64,000 nt of DNA. Source: Octopus vulgaris. Lineage: Eukaryota. The position numbers and the translations under genes are program-made. The notes under the pieces are model-generated. The model was not told where the DNA came from, ran no database searches, and worked only from the letters and a program-made list of their open reading frames with translations. Position 1 is the first letter of the stretch. Every line of letters begins with the position of its first letter. The stretch spans positions 81,344,001 through 81,408,000 of the forward strand of contig OX597827.1 in assembly GCA_951406725.2 (NCBI GenBank). Reading direction: 5' to 3'. Shown here piece by piece: positions 1 to 11,799 of this stretch.

Positions 1-110
1 TATATATATGCATGTATATATATGTATATACACATATATATATGCATGTATATATATATACACATATATATATACATGTATATATATATAGGTATATATA
101 TATATATATA

Positions 111-1340
111 CAGGGTGGGGATGATATTTGAGGACACATGCATTTTTAGTCGTTACTCTATTTGACTAAATTTTATTGAGCTTCTATTTCAGAAAATAAC
201 AATGACAGGCCCCATGTTTACTAATGGAAAGAAAAGGCATGCTGTGATTGTGGCTTTCAAAGCTAAGCAGGGTGATTTAGAAATTTCTCGTTTTCTGAAG
301 GTTGCAAGATCTTTTGTCACAAGATTCAGTTACAGAAAAAAGTTGGAAGTGTATTACCTGTATCAAAACTTAAAAATCACTCCAAATGCTCTGATTCTAT
401 CAGGACACCTGGATTTATTCAGGATGTTAAGCAAAATATTGAAGACAATCCAGGAAAATCAATGAGGTCAATTGCAATAAAATTTCATGTGTCAGGAAAA
501 ACATTCAGAAATGTTGAGCCTGAAGACATCAGATACAAATCTTATGTGATGAGAAGAGGTCAATTCATGTCAGAAAAAAACAAAAGAAAACCGTTTAATC
601 AGATCCCAAAGACTTTTGAACAAGCTTTAAAAAACCATCAGAAGATGGTGTGGTTTGGTTTTTCTCGGATGAGAAAATCTTTGACCAACACCAGAAAACT
701 AACAGAAGAAATAACAGATGGTTATGTGCAGACCCTTCTGAGGATCCAAGAGTAATGCAAACAAAATTTCCTGGAAGTGTTGTGGTTTTGCGTGTTGTTA
801 GCAATGAAGGACATGTGATGCCTCCTCACTTTTTTCCACAAGGCCTTATACTGCTGCGTATATTGAGCTTCTGGATAAAGTTCTTCAGCCTTGGATCAAC
901 AGTGTATGCAACGGAAGGACTGCACCATCGCACAAGGCTCAAATGACATAAGAATGGATGGCTGACAATTTGCATGATCACATCACCCCCAACATTCGGC
1001 CCCCTAATTCTCCAGATCTCAATCCACTGGACAACGATGTATGAAGCATCATTGACAAAAATGTCAATGAACACTCCCATAACACCAAAGAATTTTGAAA
1101 GTCCCCATAGTTTGAGTCAGTTCCGATATGATCAAGGACCACCTAAGCCGAGCTTGTAAATGATTTCGACCCCTGCGTGGAGGCAGTTATTGATGCTTAG
1201 GGTGGTTTTAATGAAAGAAATTATTAAAACTGATTATTTGGCTTTATGTTATTTTTATAAAAATATAGTTTTTTTTTCTGTTGTTATATAAACATTCTTT
1301 TAAAACCATAAATCTGTCCTCAGACACCATCCACACCCTG
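111..1340 (+). mobile_element. Decayed Tc1/mariner-superfamily DNA transposon (maT/DD37D-like)
   Basis: Imperfect TIRs (cagggtggggatgatatttgaggaca / tgtcctcagacaccatccacaccctg) flanked by TA. Frameshifted transposase pieces include WFFSDEK..NRRNNRW, VVSNEGHVMPPHFFPQGL and PPNSPDLNPLD. Confidence 0.85.
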
Positions 1341-1384
1341 TATATTATCCGAAACGTACAGGATTAAATATCCATCACGGCTGG

Positions 1385-2455
1385 TCTTACCAATTGGTTT
1401 CACACAAAGAATACAATGGTGTGTTAGGTAACAATCCGATTATATAACCTAACAGTCATCAGAGTTAGCTGATATGGAAGGGAATATGACAACTGCTCTC
1501 TATTGTCAGTGGGGAATTAACATATCCAGTTTGCGGTTGCTATGAAAAAGGTGCTGAAACGAAAAAGGGCAGGGGCTTAGGGTAGGAGTTATATTCCTTG
1601 GGTGGATTCACTATAAAGCCAGTTAGAGTTATCTTGAAGTGTTTGTGGGAAATGTGTGTTAAGCGTGGTGCTCCTGTGGAGATGGGGTATGTGATATGTG
1701 TAGTGGTATCATATGTATAATTTTATGCAGGGGTGTAGGTATATAGATTTGTGTTTGTTAGTCTGTTTTCTTTCTGCATTTGTTAAGGTTGTGGGGGTTT
1801 ATGTTAGTGTGTGGGGATACAATGCGTGTGAAGGAGCATATGTTGGGTGGGGAGACAGTTTATTTGGTGGCTGTCCACCTTGGGGTATGGGTGTGTGTTG
1901 GTGTATGCTCTGGTCAAACTCTTCACTTGGCTTAAGGGTAATGGTGGAAGGCTGAGGTTTGGAACTTGTGGTTTTAGTCATAGTGGGGTGCACAGGTATG
2001 ATAGGATGTACTTCCGTTCATGTGGGCAAAGATTAAACACTTCACTCCTGCTACTCAGGTAAATACCTGGACATCGGGTACCTTTTAAAATCGCCCTCTT
2101 CTCAGCCAGGCACAACCTACACTTCCTGCTGCTACTGAAGTACGGTCTACATTTCTCTAGAATCTTCCACATTACTTTGTACTTTGTCGCACTTTCTTTT
2201 GGAGACCAACACGCTTGGCCAAGGTTGTGGCGTTGAGCCTCTCCAGGATGTTAAAAGAGGATGGTTGTTAAAGTAGGTTCTGAAAGGGCCTTCTGCTGCC
2301 CCCACATACTTCCGCATGCTTGGTTGCCCATTGGGTCCCATGGCTTTTACCTCATCTTCATATACAACTGTCTCTGCGTTACAGTGGCTGTTCAACGGAC
2401 ATGTTGCATTACCCCCTGCATGAGCATCCTGCCTCTGCTACTAAAATCTTCTTAC
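1385..2455 (-). mobile_element. Penelope-like retroelement 3' fragment (GIY-YIG endonuclease region plus 3' UTR), degenerate
   Basis: Minus-strand ORF pieces VVYEDEV...KYVGAAEGPFRTYFNNH and WKILEKCRPY..SRKCRLCLAEK...SSRSEVFNLCPHERKY match the C-terminal GIY-YIG region typical of PLEs. Boundaries approximate. Confidence 0.7.
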
Positions 2456-2479
2456 ACTAGGTGTATATATGTGTATATG

Positions 2480-2511
<32 letters not shown>

Positions 2512-2581
2512 CCAGTACATTATGCTTATTTATGAATATATCTATAAAATATCTTATATGATTCCCTCTTCTCTTCCACAG

Positions 2582-2608
2582 TTACCAACAAGATTCACGA
2601 AACGATGA
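2582..2608 (+). CDS. Probable terminal coding exon (LPTRFTKR*) of an upstream protocadherin paralog whose main exon lies before the window
   Basis: Acceptor ttccctcttctcttccacag|TTACCAACAAGA; the first 12 exonic bases are identical to the terminal exon of array units 1-5, and the stop falls one codon later. Confidence 0.55.
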   Translation, partial: LPTRFTKR

Positions 2609-3664
2609 AGCAGTTAATTATACCATGGAGGAAAATAGTGCCGCACGGAGCATGCATGAAGGCCTCTACATCACATCACAGCTCATACCACTAAGACAAC
2701 AACAGACACAACGGATTCTAAACGTTTCTCCTTTCTCCCATTGACTCTTCCAATATATGTTGTTATTATTTGGAACATTTGTTAGTTTACATGTTATTGC
2801 TCGTGACCCTTCACCTCTGACCTTGCCCCACTCCTTGGGACTGACCCATAACCTATGACCTATCACCCTTGACCTGTTACTTGTGATGCGTAAATTATGG
2901 CCTCTAATACTAAAATAGCAACATATATATTCAAAACAAACCTAACCAATTCTCCTGTGTATGTGTATGCATACACACACACACACATATATACGTATGC
3001 ATTTATATATTTATGTATATATATATATACATATATATATACATATATACATGCATTTATATATATATATGTATGTATGCATGTATATATATATATACAT
3101 ATATATATATGTATGTATACATACATACATGAATACCTACATATACATATATATGTGTGCGTGTTTGTGTGTGTGTCTGCGCGTGTGTGTGTGTGTAGCC
3201 ATATGTACGTGAACATTATAATTGTTATCTCATTTAATGTTATATTATTAACAAAAAACAACACCAAGTTACACCCAGATACGACCACCCACCCATAACC
3301 ACCACCGCTACCATCACAACAACAACAACAACAACAGCAACAATGGAAATAAACCTTTTTATAATATTTCTGTGTTTTTATCAGTTTCTATTGAGAACAA
3401 CCTTTTGAAGGTGTATTTGGGTGGGTTTGTATTGGGGGTATGGGTTGTTACTTTGGGGTACATGCTGGGATAGTGGGTGGGAGCATGCTGGTGTTGAGCA
3501 GGGTGGGGCACGCTGCTGTAGTGCATAGGTGTGTGAATGGGAGGGTGGATGTGTAATGTGTCTAAGTGTACCTATGACAATCATTGAATGTTGTGTCAAT
3601 AAAAGTGCAAGAAAGATGTCGATCATTCTGTTGTCAGCAGGTTAATGTTATCCTAGGGTTAATA

Positions 3665-4028
3665 TCACGTGAGTCCTGTTGGTGATCACGTGACATTGTT
3701 GAACCAACAGAAAGCGCTTCTACATTGTTTTAACCGCTAGAAATAGCAGCCAGATATCTTGCCTATCACACCCTAATGTCTTTAGAAAATTGGATAATAA
3801 TGTTCTAAAAACAATAACTGAAATACAGATGTGATGGGCATGGATGGAGTGGGCATGTTCATTTCAACCTCGCTTAGGGTTAAACACTAAACCATGTAGC
3901 TTAGTGATGTTTTGTGGCTGTCATGTGACCCATTGGTGTGGTATTACTGTGACAATGCAAATTACATTATAAACACGTGACTCACTTTCTGACCACGTGA
4001 TCCACGACTATATTCTAACCCACGTGAC
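3665..4028. promoter_or_regulatory. Cluster of CACGTGA(C) E-boxes, candidate enhancer or promoter
   Basis: CACGTGA at 3666, 3687, 3974, 3994 and 4021, plus GTCATGTGAC at 3920, within about 360 bp of otherwise CpG-poor DNA. Confidence 0.4.
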
Positions 4029-4509
4029 TTACTACGTTGCTGAGAGACTGAGAGAAGTCGCTCAACCTGCTGGAAATAGAAGCCAAATTTCCTTGTAATA
4101 ATACACAATCGTCTGAGAAAACAGGCACATTGAATACTGTAGTCCTAGATACACTATTCCTGGAACACATTATGGTGATCATAGTTGACACGGTTTAGTC
4201 CACGGATTATCTCAAGGCAGGTCGACCTGGGGCTAAAAAACATCTCTTAAGTTGAGGTTTCAACAACGTCAAAATAGGCAATACTAAGTTACCTCCCTTT
4301 AACTTGTTTCGTCTCTGAACGATTCCAGAGAATATCGTCGCCGTCGCAGTGACTGACAGAGGAAAAGAAGCAGCCGTGAAATGATTCCCCCCATTTCATA
4401 ACTGGTACTAACTTGGATCTCTTCTTTTTAAACCCATCCTCATATCGTAGGATATGAAAGAAGAATCAAAAATAGGAAACTAAATAGAATAAACGTTATC
4501 CTTTATATT

Positions 4510-4838
4510 TTCTCTTTCAGGACTTGTTTCACTCGTTGAACTGTGGCTATGCTGGGGTACCGTCTTTGAAGGGTTTAGTCGTCAAACAAATTTACTTGAG
4601 TATTTATTCTATAGGACTGTTTTGCTGAACCGCTAAGTTATGTGAACGTAAACAAACCAATACTGGTTCTCAAACGAAACGAACACAAACGCATGCGCAC
4701 GGTGCTTGCGCACAGTTTTTGTCTACGAAATTTATTCAGCTTAAAGCTTTAGTTGAAGATACCCCAGGTGCCGTACATTGAGACTGAACCTGAAATCACT
4801 TGGCTGCAAAGGAAGCTTCTTAACGGCTCAGCCACGCC
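4510..4838 (-). mobile_element. tRNA-derived SINE
   Basis: Minus strand begins ggcgtggctgagccgttaagaagc..ggttcagtctc (A-box/B-box-like). The body resembles the copy at 49922-50296 and the 3' half at 6390-6540. Confidence 0.65.
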
Positions 4839-5184
4839 AGTACCTAACAATAATGATTGGATGTGTTTTTGTCTGGACGACAGTTGGGGAAAACATGCAA
4901 CTGGGATTAAACGTACAACACTTGGTCACGGCTTGGTGCCCAAAATGGAGAGAAAAACATAGAATGAGTGGGAAAATTTAAACGGAATTGGATGCACAAT
5001 CTCTCAATGTGTCTTTAAAAGTGGAGTAGAGACAAAAGAAAAACGATGGGAAAAAAACCTAAGACTGAACGTAGAACCTCTTGTATTTTAAAATCAAAAG
5101 TGAATGAAGGACAAAAAATTTGATATTAATAGAATGGTTATATATAGCATAATATAATATATTATGAGATGTAGGGGTGTTATA

Positions 5185-5930
5185 ACGCCGAAGCTAGATG
5201 AGAAATAATGTGGCTTCCATTGTGGATGCAGCACGATTGACCAGATATTCACTGAATGACAAGACTTTGAGAATTCTTGACAATATCGCCAAGCAGTGGA
5301 CGCTTGCTTTATGGACCTTAAAAAGGCATATGAATGCATGCTGCAGGACATGCTGGAGTATGTTTTGCAAGAGCTTGAAATAAATAGGCACTTTTGGTTG
5401 CCGTGAAGTCCCTTTACTAATTCCCAGATGTTTTTGCCCAGGTAAATGTTGTCAAGCCGAAATCTTTCAACGTAAGTATTGGACTTCAGCAGGGCTGTGT
5501 ATTGTCACCTCTCTTTTGCGTAATTTTTATGAACGCGATTCAGATACGCAGCTACTATGGGGGTGGTATCACAATCAGTGGGTGTAGGATCAGTGAGATG
5601 ATGTGTGCTGCAGACAACACTGTGCTTCTTGGCTCCTCAGAATGTGATCCCGGTATGCAATTAATTAGGACGCTGCCGAATGCTGCAAGGTAGGGATGAA
5701 AATTATTATCACGAAGACCGAGACCTTGGTCCTCTCAAGACTGTCTTCCTAATGCCCTCTGCAAAGAGGGAAGTGAAGAAGCTTAAGTACCTTAGGGCTG
5801 CATTTACGAGTAATACGAAGCAGGAGGTCGAATTGGATGCTAAAATTTCAAATGCTTGCACAGTAATGCACCAGATCCAGTATTCAGTCCTAAAGAGTAG
5901 AGGTTGTTAAAAAAAGCCAGACTTATGCTG
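5185..5930 (+). mobile_element. Degenerate non-LTR (RTE-like) reverse transcriptase fragment
   Basis: RT motif remnants across frames: DQIF, FMDLKKAY, GLQQGCVLSPLF, CAADNTVLL, KLKYL. Confidence 0.7.
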
Positions 5931-5989
5931 AACAGCCTACCAACTCAAATGGCTGTCGGTAATAAAGAGCAACAGCAACAACAACACAC

Positions 5990-6375
5990 TCGGCACATTT
6001 CCCACGCACCAGCCAGACCACCCGCTCCACCCAGCCCCAACCAACCGAGAACTCAACCACAAACTATTTAGACTGAAACAGTCCAACATCTTAAGGAAGG
6101 AATCGAAAATATCATCAACCTTAACCAAGGAACCACATGAAACATCGGCAAAATTAAAAAAACAAAAACCTCATCTAGTTACCATCAGACGTCGGGAAAG
6201 AAATCTGCGTGATTTCTTGCGAAATTTATGATAGACTTGCACTAGAAGATCTAAACAATGACAGAGTATATTATGAAGTGATGGATAGAACCTCGACCAG
6301 GATTGAGGACCGAATTAACACCGCCTGGACTGACATTTGTAGATGGAGACAACTACATAACAAATACAAGACCAT
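5990..6375 (+). mobile_element. Penelope-like RT N-terminal fragment
   Basis: PSDVGKEICVISCEIYDRLALEDLNNDRVYYEV..RIEDRINTAW resembles the 'DKG..VV..Y...L.D..Y' block preceding PLE RT domains. Confidence 0.45.
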
Positions 6376-7227
6376 CTGCATCTGTGCGTTTGCATCTTTG
6401 AAACTTAGCGGTTCAGCTCAACAGACGGATAGAATAAGAACCAGGATTAAAAAATAAATACTGCAGTCAATTCATGGAACTAAACTGCTTTAAGACTGTG
6501 CTCCAGCTTGGCCGCAGTCAAATGGCAGAAGCAAGAAGATGATGCGCCCGCGCGCGTATATACATGCACTCATACATCAAACATACTTATGAGTGTGCGG
6601 TTGCTTTTCTGTATGTACGTATATGTATGTATATGAATAGTTATCGTGGCTTTGAGCATGATTTCGCCAATCATTCCTCGAACATCGATTAACATCTGTG
6701 ATATATCGATCAATTGCTCAGGTGAAAAATGTATCTACGAAGGGAGGTAACTTAGTAGTTATTTAAACCTATCAGGGGAGATAACTTAGTGATCTCACTG
6801 AAAGGAATTTGTATCTTATAAGTTTGTAGAACTGAGGTCCTTGTTTAAACTATTAAAATTCGCCAGTCATCCACGGCGTAATATATTTCATCTTACAAGA
6901 ATCATTGGGGGATATTTATCTGTCACCACTAATTATTTCTTTCTCTTTTATTAATATTTTTGCATTTTCATTTAGTAAAACTTGCTTTTACCACATAAAT
7001 ATCGCAGTTTTTTAACAAAACTTCGACAATTATAGGCGATTTTCATCGAGTTTATTCATTGCTTCGTTGCTTCTTCCATGGCGAAAACGTTCAGGTAGTC
7101 TCTGCATAATTCGCGAGGGGTGAATATCACAAAGTACCAGCGTGTCAGTTTTCTAGTGAATGTGGACACTGTTCCTGGAAATATATTCTCGACAAATACA
7201 TAATACATTTATTACACATAGAAACAG

Positions 7228-7365
7228 TGCTGCAGAAACACTGCCAGATCAGACTGGAGCATGGTGCAGCCCCTGGCTTCCCAGACCCCGGTCGAACCGT
7301 CCAACCCATGCTATCGCGGAAAACGGACGTTAAACGATGATGATGATGATGACGATGATGATGAT
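7228..7365 (+). mobile_element. Short RTE-type 3' tail / SINE ending in (GAT)n
   Basis: ...ccgtccaacccatgctatcgcggaaaacggacgttaaacgatgatgat; the same tail occurs at 15890-16020 (end of an RTE LINE) and 31215-31356. Confidence 0.65.
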
Positions 7366-7763
7366 ACCCCATTGGAAGAAGAGTATTGACCCAAACGACC
7401 GCCTTTTCCTAAACAACTTCTTTTAACCATTTATCAAATCAAACTTTCCATACAGCTTCCTTTCTCCCGAATTCGCTACAAAAGATGAAAGGAATGGCAG
7501 GTTTTTGCTGCATCCCAGTTATTTTTCTTTTATAAGAAATTCCAAAAAAGGTGGGAAGCCATTTTGGTATAAGGAACAATGGAGAAGTAAAAATGAAGAC
7601 GAATGGAATGATTTTAATTTTAGACTTGAAAGAAGGAGGAGGATTCCAAAGTCTGGCAGTTTGAAGGGAAAATGCTACAACCATAAAAAGAGTTCCTTAC
7701 TCCTGGAAGCTCAACAGCATTTGGATGAAGACACTGCGAGTTTGAGTCAGGTGAGATGGCACA

Positions 7764-8660
7764 AACTGATTTGGAACTCTTTGCAATGAGTGGATAATTA
7801 GCAAACCACAGTGGTGGGTACTGCCCTGATGGTTTACATCCTGTTGTGCAATCCTCTGGACCAGTGGTTCCCAAACTTTTTGGAGTCGCGACCCACTATT
7901 TATCACACCAGTCTACTGAGTAAAATCATTAATGAAATTAACAAATTCATCTCAGATTACATCTTCAGTGAGGCCTGTAGAAGGATGAGTCTGTTTCTTG
8001 CTACGCTCAATAATAGAATTAACATCAGGTTCAATGCGTGATAGTTTCAGGCGTAAAGAATTTGAGAGCTGCAGTTTATTTTGATGTTTGCTTTTAATTC
8101 CAACCATTGCTGAAAATCCAGCTTCACAAATATAAGATGACCTGAAAGGGAGAAGTACTTTTAATGCTTCGGTGGAAATGATTGGATACAAGGTTTGAAG
8201 AGACACTGAAGAGACAACTGATTTGGAACTCTTTGCAATGAGTGGATAATTAGCAAACCACAGTGGTGGGTACTGCCCTGACGGTTTACATCCTGTTGTG
8301 CAATCCCCTGGACCAGTGGTTCCCAAACTTTTTAGAGTCGCGACCCACTATTTACCACACCAGTCTACTGAGTAAAAACATTAATGAAATTAACAAATTC
8401 ATCTCAGATTACATCTTCAGTGAGGCCTGTGAGAAGGATGAGCCTGTTTCTTGCTACGCTCAATAATAGAATTAACATCAGGTTCAATGCGTGATAGTTT
8501 CAGGTGTAAAGAATTTGAGAGCTGCAGTTTATTTTGATGTTTGCTTTTAATTCCCAACCATTGCTGAAAATCCAGCTTCACAAATATAAGATGACCTGAA
8601 AGGGAGAAGTACTTTTAATGCTTCGGTGGAAACGATTGGGTACGAGGTTTGAAGAGACAC
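7764..8660. repeat. Tandem duplication of about 445 bp (7764-8206 and 8216-8660) containing the hAT terminus and its flank
   Basis: Two near-identical copies offset by 452 bp, each with cagtggttcccaaacttt (7862, 8314), joined by the filler tgaagagac. Confidence 0.9.
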
Positions 8661-11450
8661 CCAGAACTGTACCAATTTTCGGGTGTTAAAAGTCATTTTC
8701 AAGGAAGAGTCTTCGGATAAACCGATAAGTTCCTCACCGGCTTTTGTTGATATTCCAGTCGTCACGTCTGGCTGAAAGGGGTTCATAATCCATCTTTTCT
8801 GTCGCATAGTATTCATCTCTTTATGAAAATAAAATTCAAAACTTTCATTTAACTTATTCAAGTGTTCAGATATCTCAATGATTATTCCATCATCAACTTT
8901 TGCTTTATTCTCCATTACAAAAGTTTCAAATGTTTCAAAACAGTCATAATTTCGCTTGTTAATACGATTTTTCCACAAGACAAGTTCTTTCATAAAACCT
9001 CGAATTTTCTCATGAATAGCAAATATACTGATACATTCTGTTCCTTTCGAAAACATATCTGCCAAATACATAAGCCTCAGAACAAATATTTCACAAAATC
9101 GCTTTTATCTTCTAAAAATATAGCTACTTCTTTGCAGAGTTCTGCAAATCTTGTTAACACTTTTCCCCTAGACAGCCATCGTATTTCTGTGTGCAAAAGA
9201 AGTGATTCATGATCGCTTCCCATCTCTTCACACAACTTCTCAAATATGCACGATTGCAAAGGCTTTGACTTAATAAAGTTCACTATTTTGACTGAAGTAT
9301 TCAAAACATTTTCAAAATTATCAGATATATGTTTTGATACTAACGCTGCCCTGTGAAGGTTACAGTGAGTCCATGATGCATTGGGATTAAGTTCAAGTAT
9401 TCTGGTCACCACACCACTATTTCTACCGCACATAGCCCGTGCGCCGTCTGTACATATTCCGACACATTTTTGCCAATCAAGATTTTTTGCTCTAATATAA
9501 GTATCAACTGTATTAAAAATTTCATTGCTGGTACTTCGACTGACAGGTTCACAGAACAACATATCTTCATGAGGTACAAAGTTCCATATGTAACGTACAA
9601 AAACACGTAGCTGGCACAAACCTTGGACGTCAGCAGATTCATCGAGTTGTAAAGAAAAAAAAAAGACTTCCACGAATCCATTCAATAACTTGATTTTCTA
9701 CCCATTGAGACATTTCATCGATTCTACGCATGACTGTGTTATTAGAAATAAGAATTGATTCAATTTCTTGTTCACTCTTATCACCAAAGAAAACTTTCAC
9801 TGTATCTTTTATAGCTGGAAGAACTAAAGTCTCCCCAATTGTGTGTGGCTTACCAGTTTTTACGATTCTTATGTTAATGACATAGATGCCAACTTAAAGA
9901 ATGCCACAGTGCTGAAATATGCAGATGACATCAAGCTGTACCTCGAAATAAAGAGGTCAAATCCTGTACACTATGGATCTCTATTGCAAGCAGACCTGGA
10001 CACAATGCAGCAGTGGATCATGGACTGGCAACTCAAGCTGGCTGTGGACAAATGTACCTCCATGCATTTTGGGAGGAGAAACCCAGCGTCCACCTACTCC
10101 CTCCACAACACTAGTCTCAAAAAGTCTTCAAGTGAACGTGACCTGGGTGTTATTGTCGACAGTGATTTGCGTTGGACAAAACACATCGCTAAAATTATCA
10201 AGAAGGCTGAGGGTGTCTTGGCATCACTCACCAAATCCTTTGTGAGCTGCTCTCCGGCTATCTATCTGTGGCTTTATATAGCTATGGTAAGACCTCACCT
10301 GGAGTTTGCATCACCGGTCTGGAACCCCTATCTTGCCCAGGACATCAATCGTCTGGAAGCTGTTCAGCGACGTGCAACCAAAAGAATACCCTCCATCAGG
10401 CATTTGCCATATCCTGAACGCCTTACCTCCCTGGGCATGGACACATTGAAACTCCGACGTCTGGCAGCTGACTTGGCAGACACCCATAAAATTATCAACC
10501 ATCGCACAAACAATAACTCTGAGCACCTCTTCAAACTCCACCCATCTAACACCCGTGGACATATTTACAAAGTAAGAAAACAGCACAGCTCCCATGACTT
10601 CAGGAAACATTTTTTCACGCTGAGAGTTGCTGAAGCATGGAACAAACTGCCGGCATCGGTTGTTAGTTGTCGGAGCACTGCATCCTTCAAAACTTCCATG
10701 CTTCCTGAGATTCGCCAACACTACACTTGATTTTCTCCCCTCCATACACACACAAACATGTATCTGACTCATACATTGTTCACTTTCCACACATTTCTAC
10801 ATTGCTGCATGTACTTTATATGCACTTTCTGACAAGTTGTGGTGCGCCTGAGCACTGTATACAATAATTTCATTATTATTATTTTAAACTGATCCAGTAA
10901 GACACGTACAAAGACTTTTCATTTGCTTTGGTGTAATGATGCTTAATGCTCTGTCCTATCTCTAACTTGGTTAACAATCGCTCAAAAAAATCGAGAGCTT
11001 TGTCTTTTAAGTCGGAGTGCTTAGTCTCAAGATGACGACGCAGTTTGTTTGGACGCATGCTCTCGTTTGCAAGTTGTTCATAACAAATGATGCAACGTGG
11101 TCGTAGATCTTCTTCAACTCCATTCCATGTAAATCCCTTTTTTAAGTACTCGTAATCATACTTTCTTAATACTTTTCTTCGCTTTGACTGGCTTAGTTTA
11201 GATTGATTGGGCTTTTCTTCGTTTCGATTCACTGAAGATTCATCGTCATCAACTGACTTTTTTAACCATTTATCCATAATATAAAGGACTGAGTAAATAC
11301 GAAAAAATCGAATTTAGAAGGACAGATAATTTCAACTTACCAAGAGATTTGACAGAATTAAAATACAACGTTTGGGATCATGCGAACTTCTACAATTAAT
11401 GATAAACGTCATTTCAATCGATGTGATGCTATTTAAACCGTTTATCTGAT
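8314..11450 (-). mobile_element. hAT (Buster/ZBED5-SCAND3-like) DNA transposon, frameshifted and interrupted by a CR1 insertion
   Basis: BED zinc finger (PRCIICYEQLANESMRPNKLRRHLETKH, ORF 10879-11277), FSLQLDES, CTDGARAM, THCNLHR, TEIRWLSRGK and C-terminal CEAGFS. Terminus CAGTGGTTCCCAAAC present; the opposite TIR was not found. Confidence 0.9.
9868..10883 (+). mobile_element. 5'-truncated CR1-type LINE (RT C-terminus, 3' UTR, (ATT)n tail) nested in the hAT transposase
   Basis: Uninterrupted ORF with KYADD, ERDLGV, VRPHLEFASPVWNPY, LEAVQRRATK and FFTLRVAEAWNKLP, ending cattattattatt. Removing it rejoins the hAT frame (..ISLK/IVKTGKPHTIGE..). Confidence 0.9.
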
Positions 11451-11452
11451 AG

Positions 11453-11629
11453 ACTCTATTGATCTATCTACCGTCTAGCTGCTGTCTATTCCAATCATTT
11501 CATAAATAAGACATTATGGATTTCACTAGTAAGTTTATAAATTATTTAAAAAGTATATGAGTGATCACCAAGAGGCCAATGAAATGATTGGAATAGACAG
11601 CAGCTAGATGGTAGATAGATCAATAGAGT
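11453..11629. repeat. 51-bp inverted repeat (11453-11503 / 11579-11629) with a 75-nt spacer
   Basis: actctattgatctatctaccgtctagctgctgtctattccaatcatttcat and its reverse complement, one mismatch. Confidence 0.9.
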
Positions 11630-11799
11630 TCAATTCAGTGCCAGGCTGCTCAGAGTGACATTTAGGAAAGACTTGAGCTGGTTCCACACCATGATCTGGA
11701 GTGGCACCCATGTCTGTTATTAGAAACCTAAGTCTGTTATTAGATGGGTAATTGTTGACCGAATTAGAAATAGACGAGGAGTCTCTTCAGCTGTTGGTC

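Noticed and set aside
1341-1380. Plus-strand ccGAAACgtacagg resembling the 3' half of a hammerhead
   Set aside because: No CUGANGA half upstream; the sequence abuts the transposon end.
2863-3298. Y/I/H/T/C/V-rich ORFs here and at about 16.7, 17.3, 19.4, 25, 34, 43, 52 and 54.7 kb
   Set aside because: Translations of (TA)n/(CA)n/(TG)n microsatellites that happen to lack stop codons.
7400-7860. ORF 7505-7789 as a host gene exon
   Set aside because: No recognisable domain or splice context, and it sits among transposon debris; probably a retroelement remnant I cannot classify.
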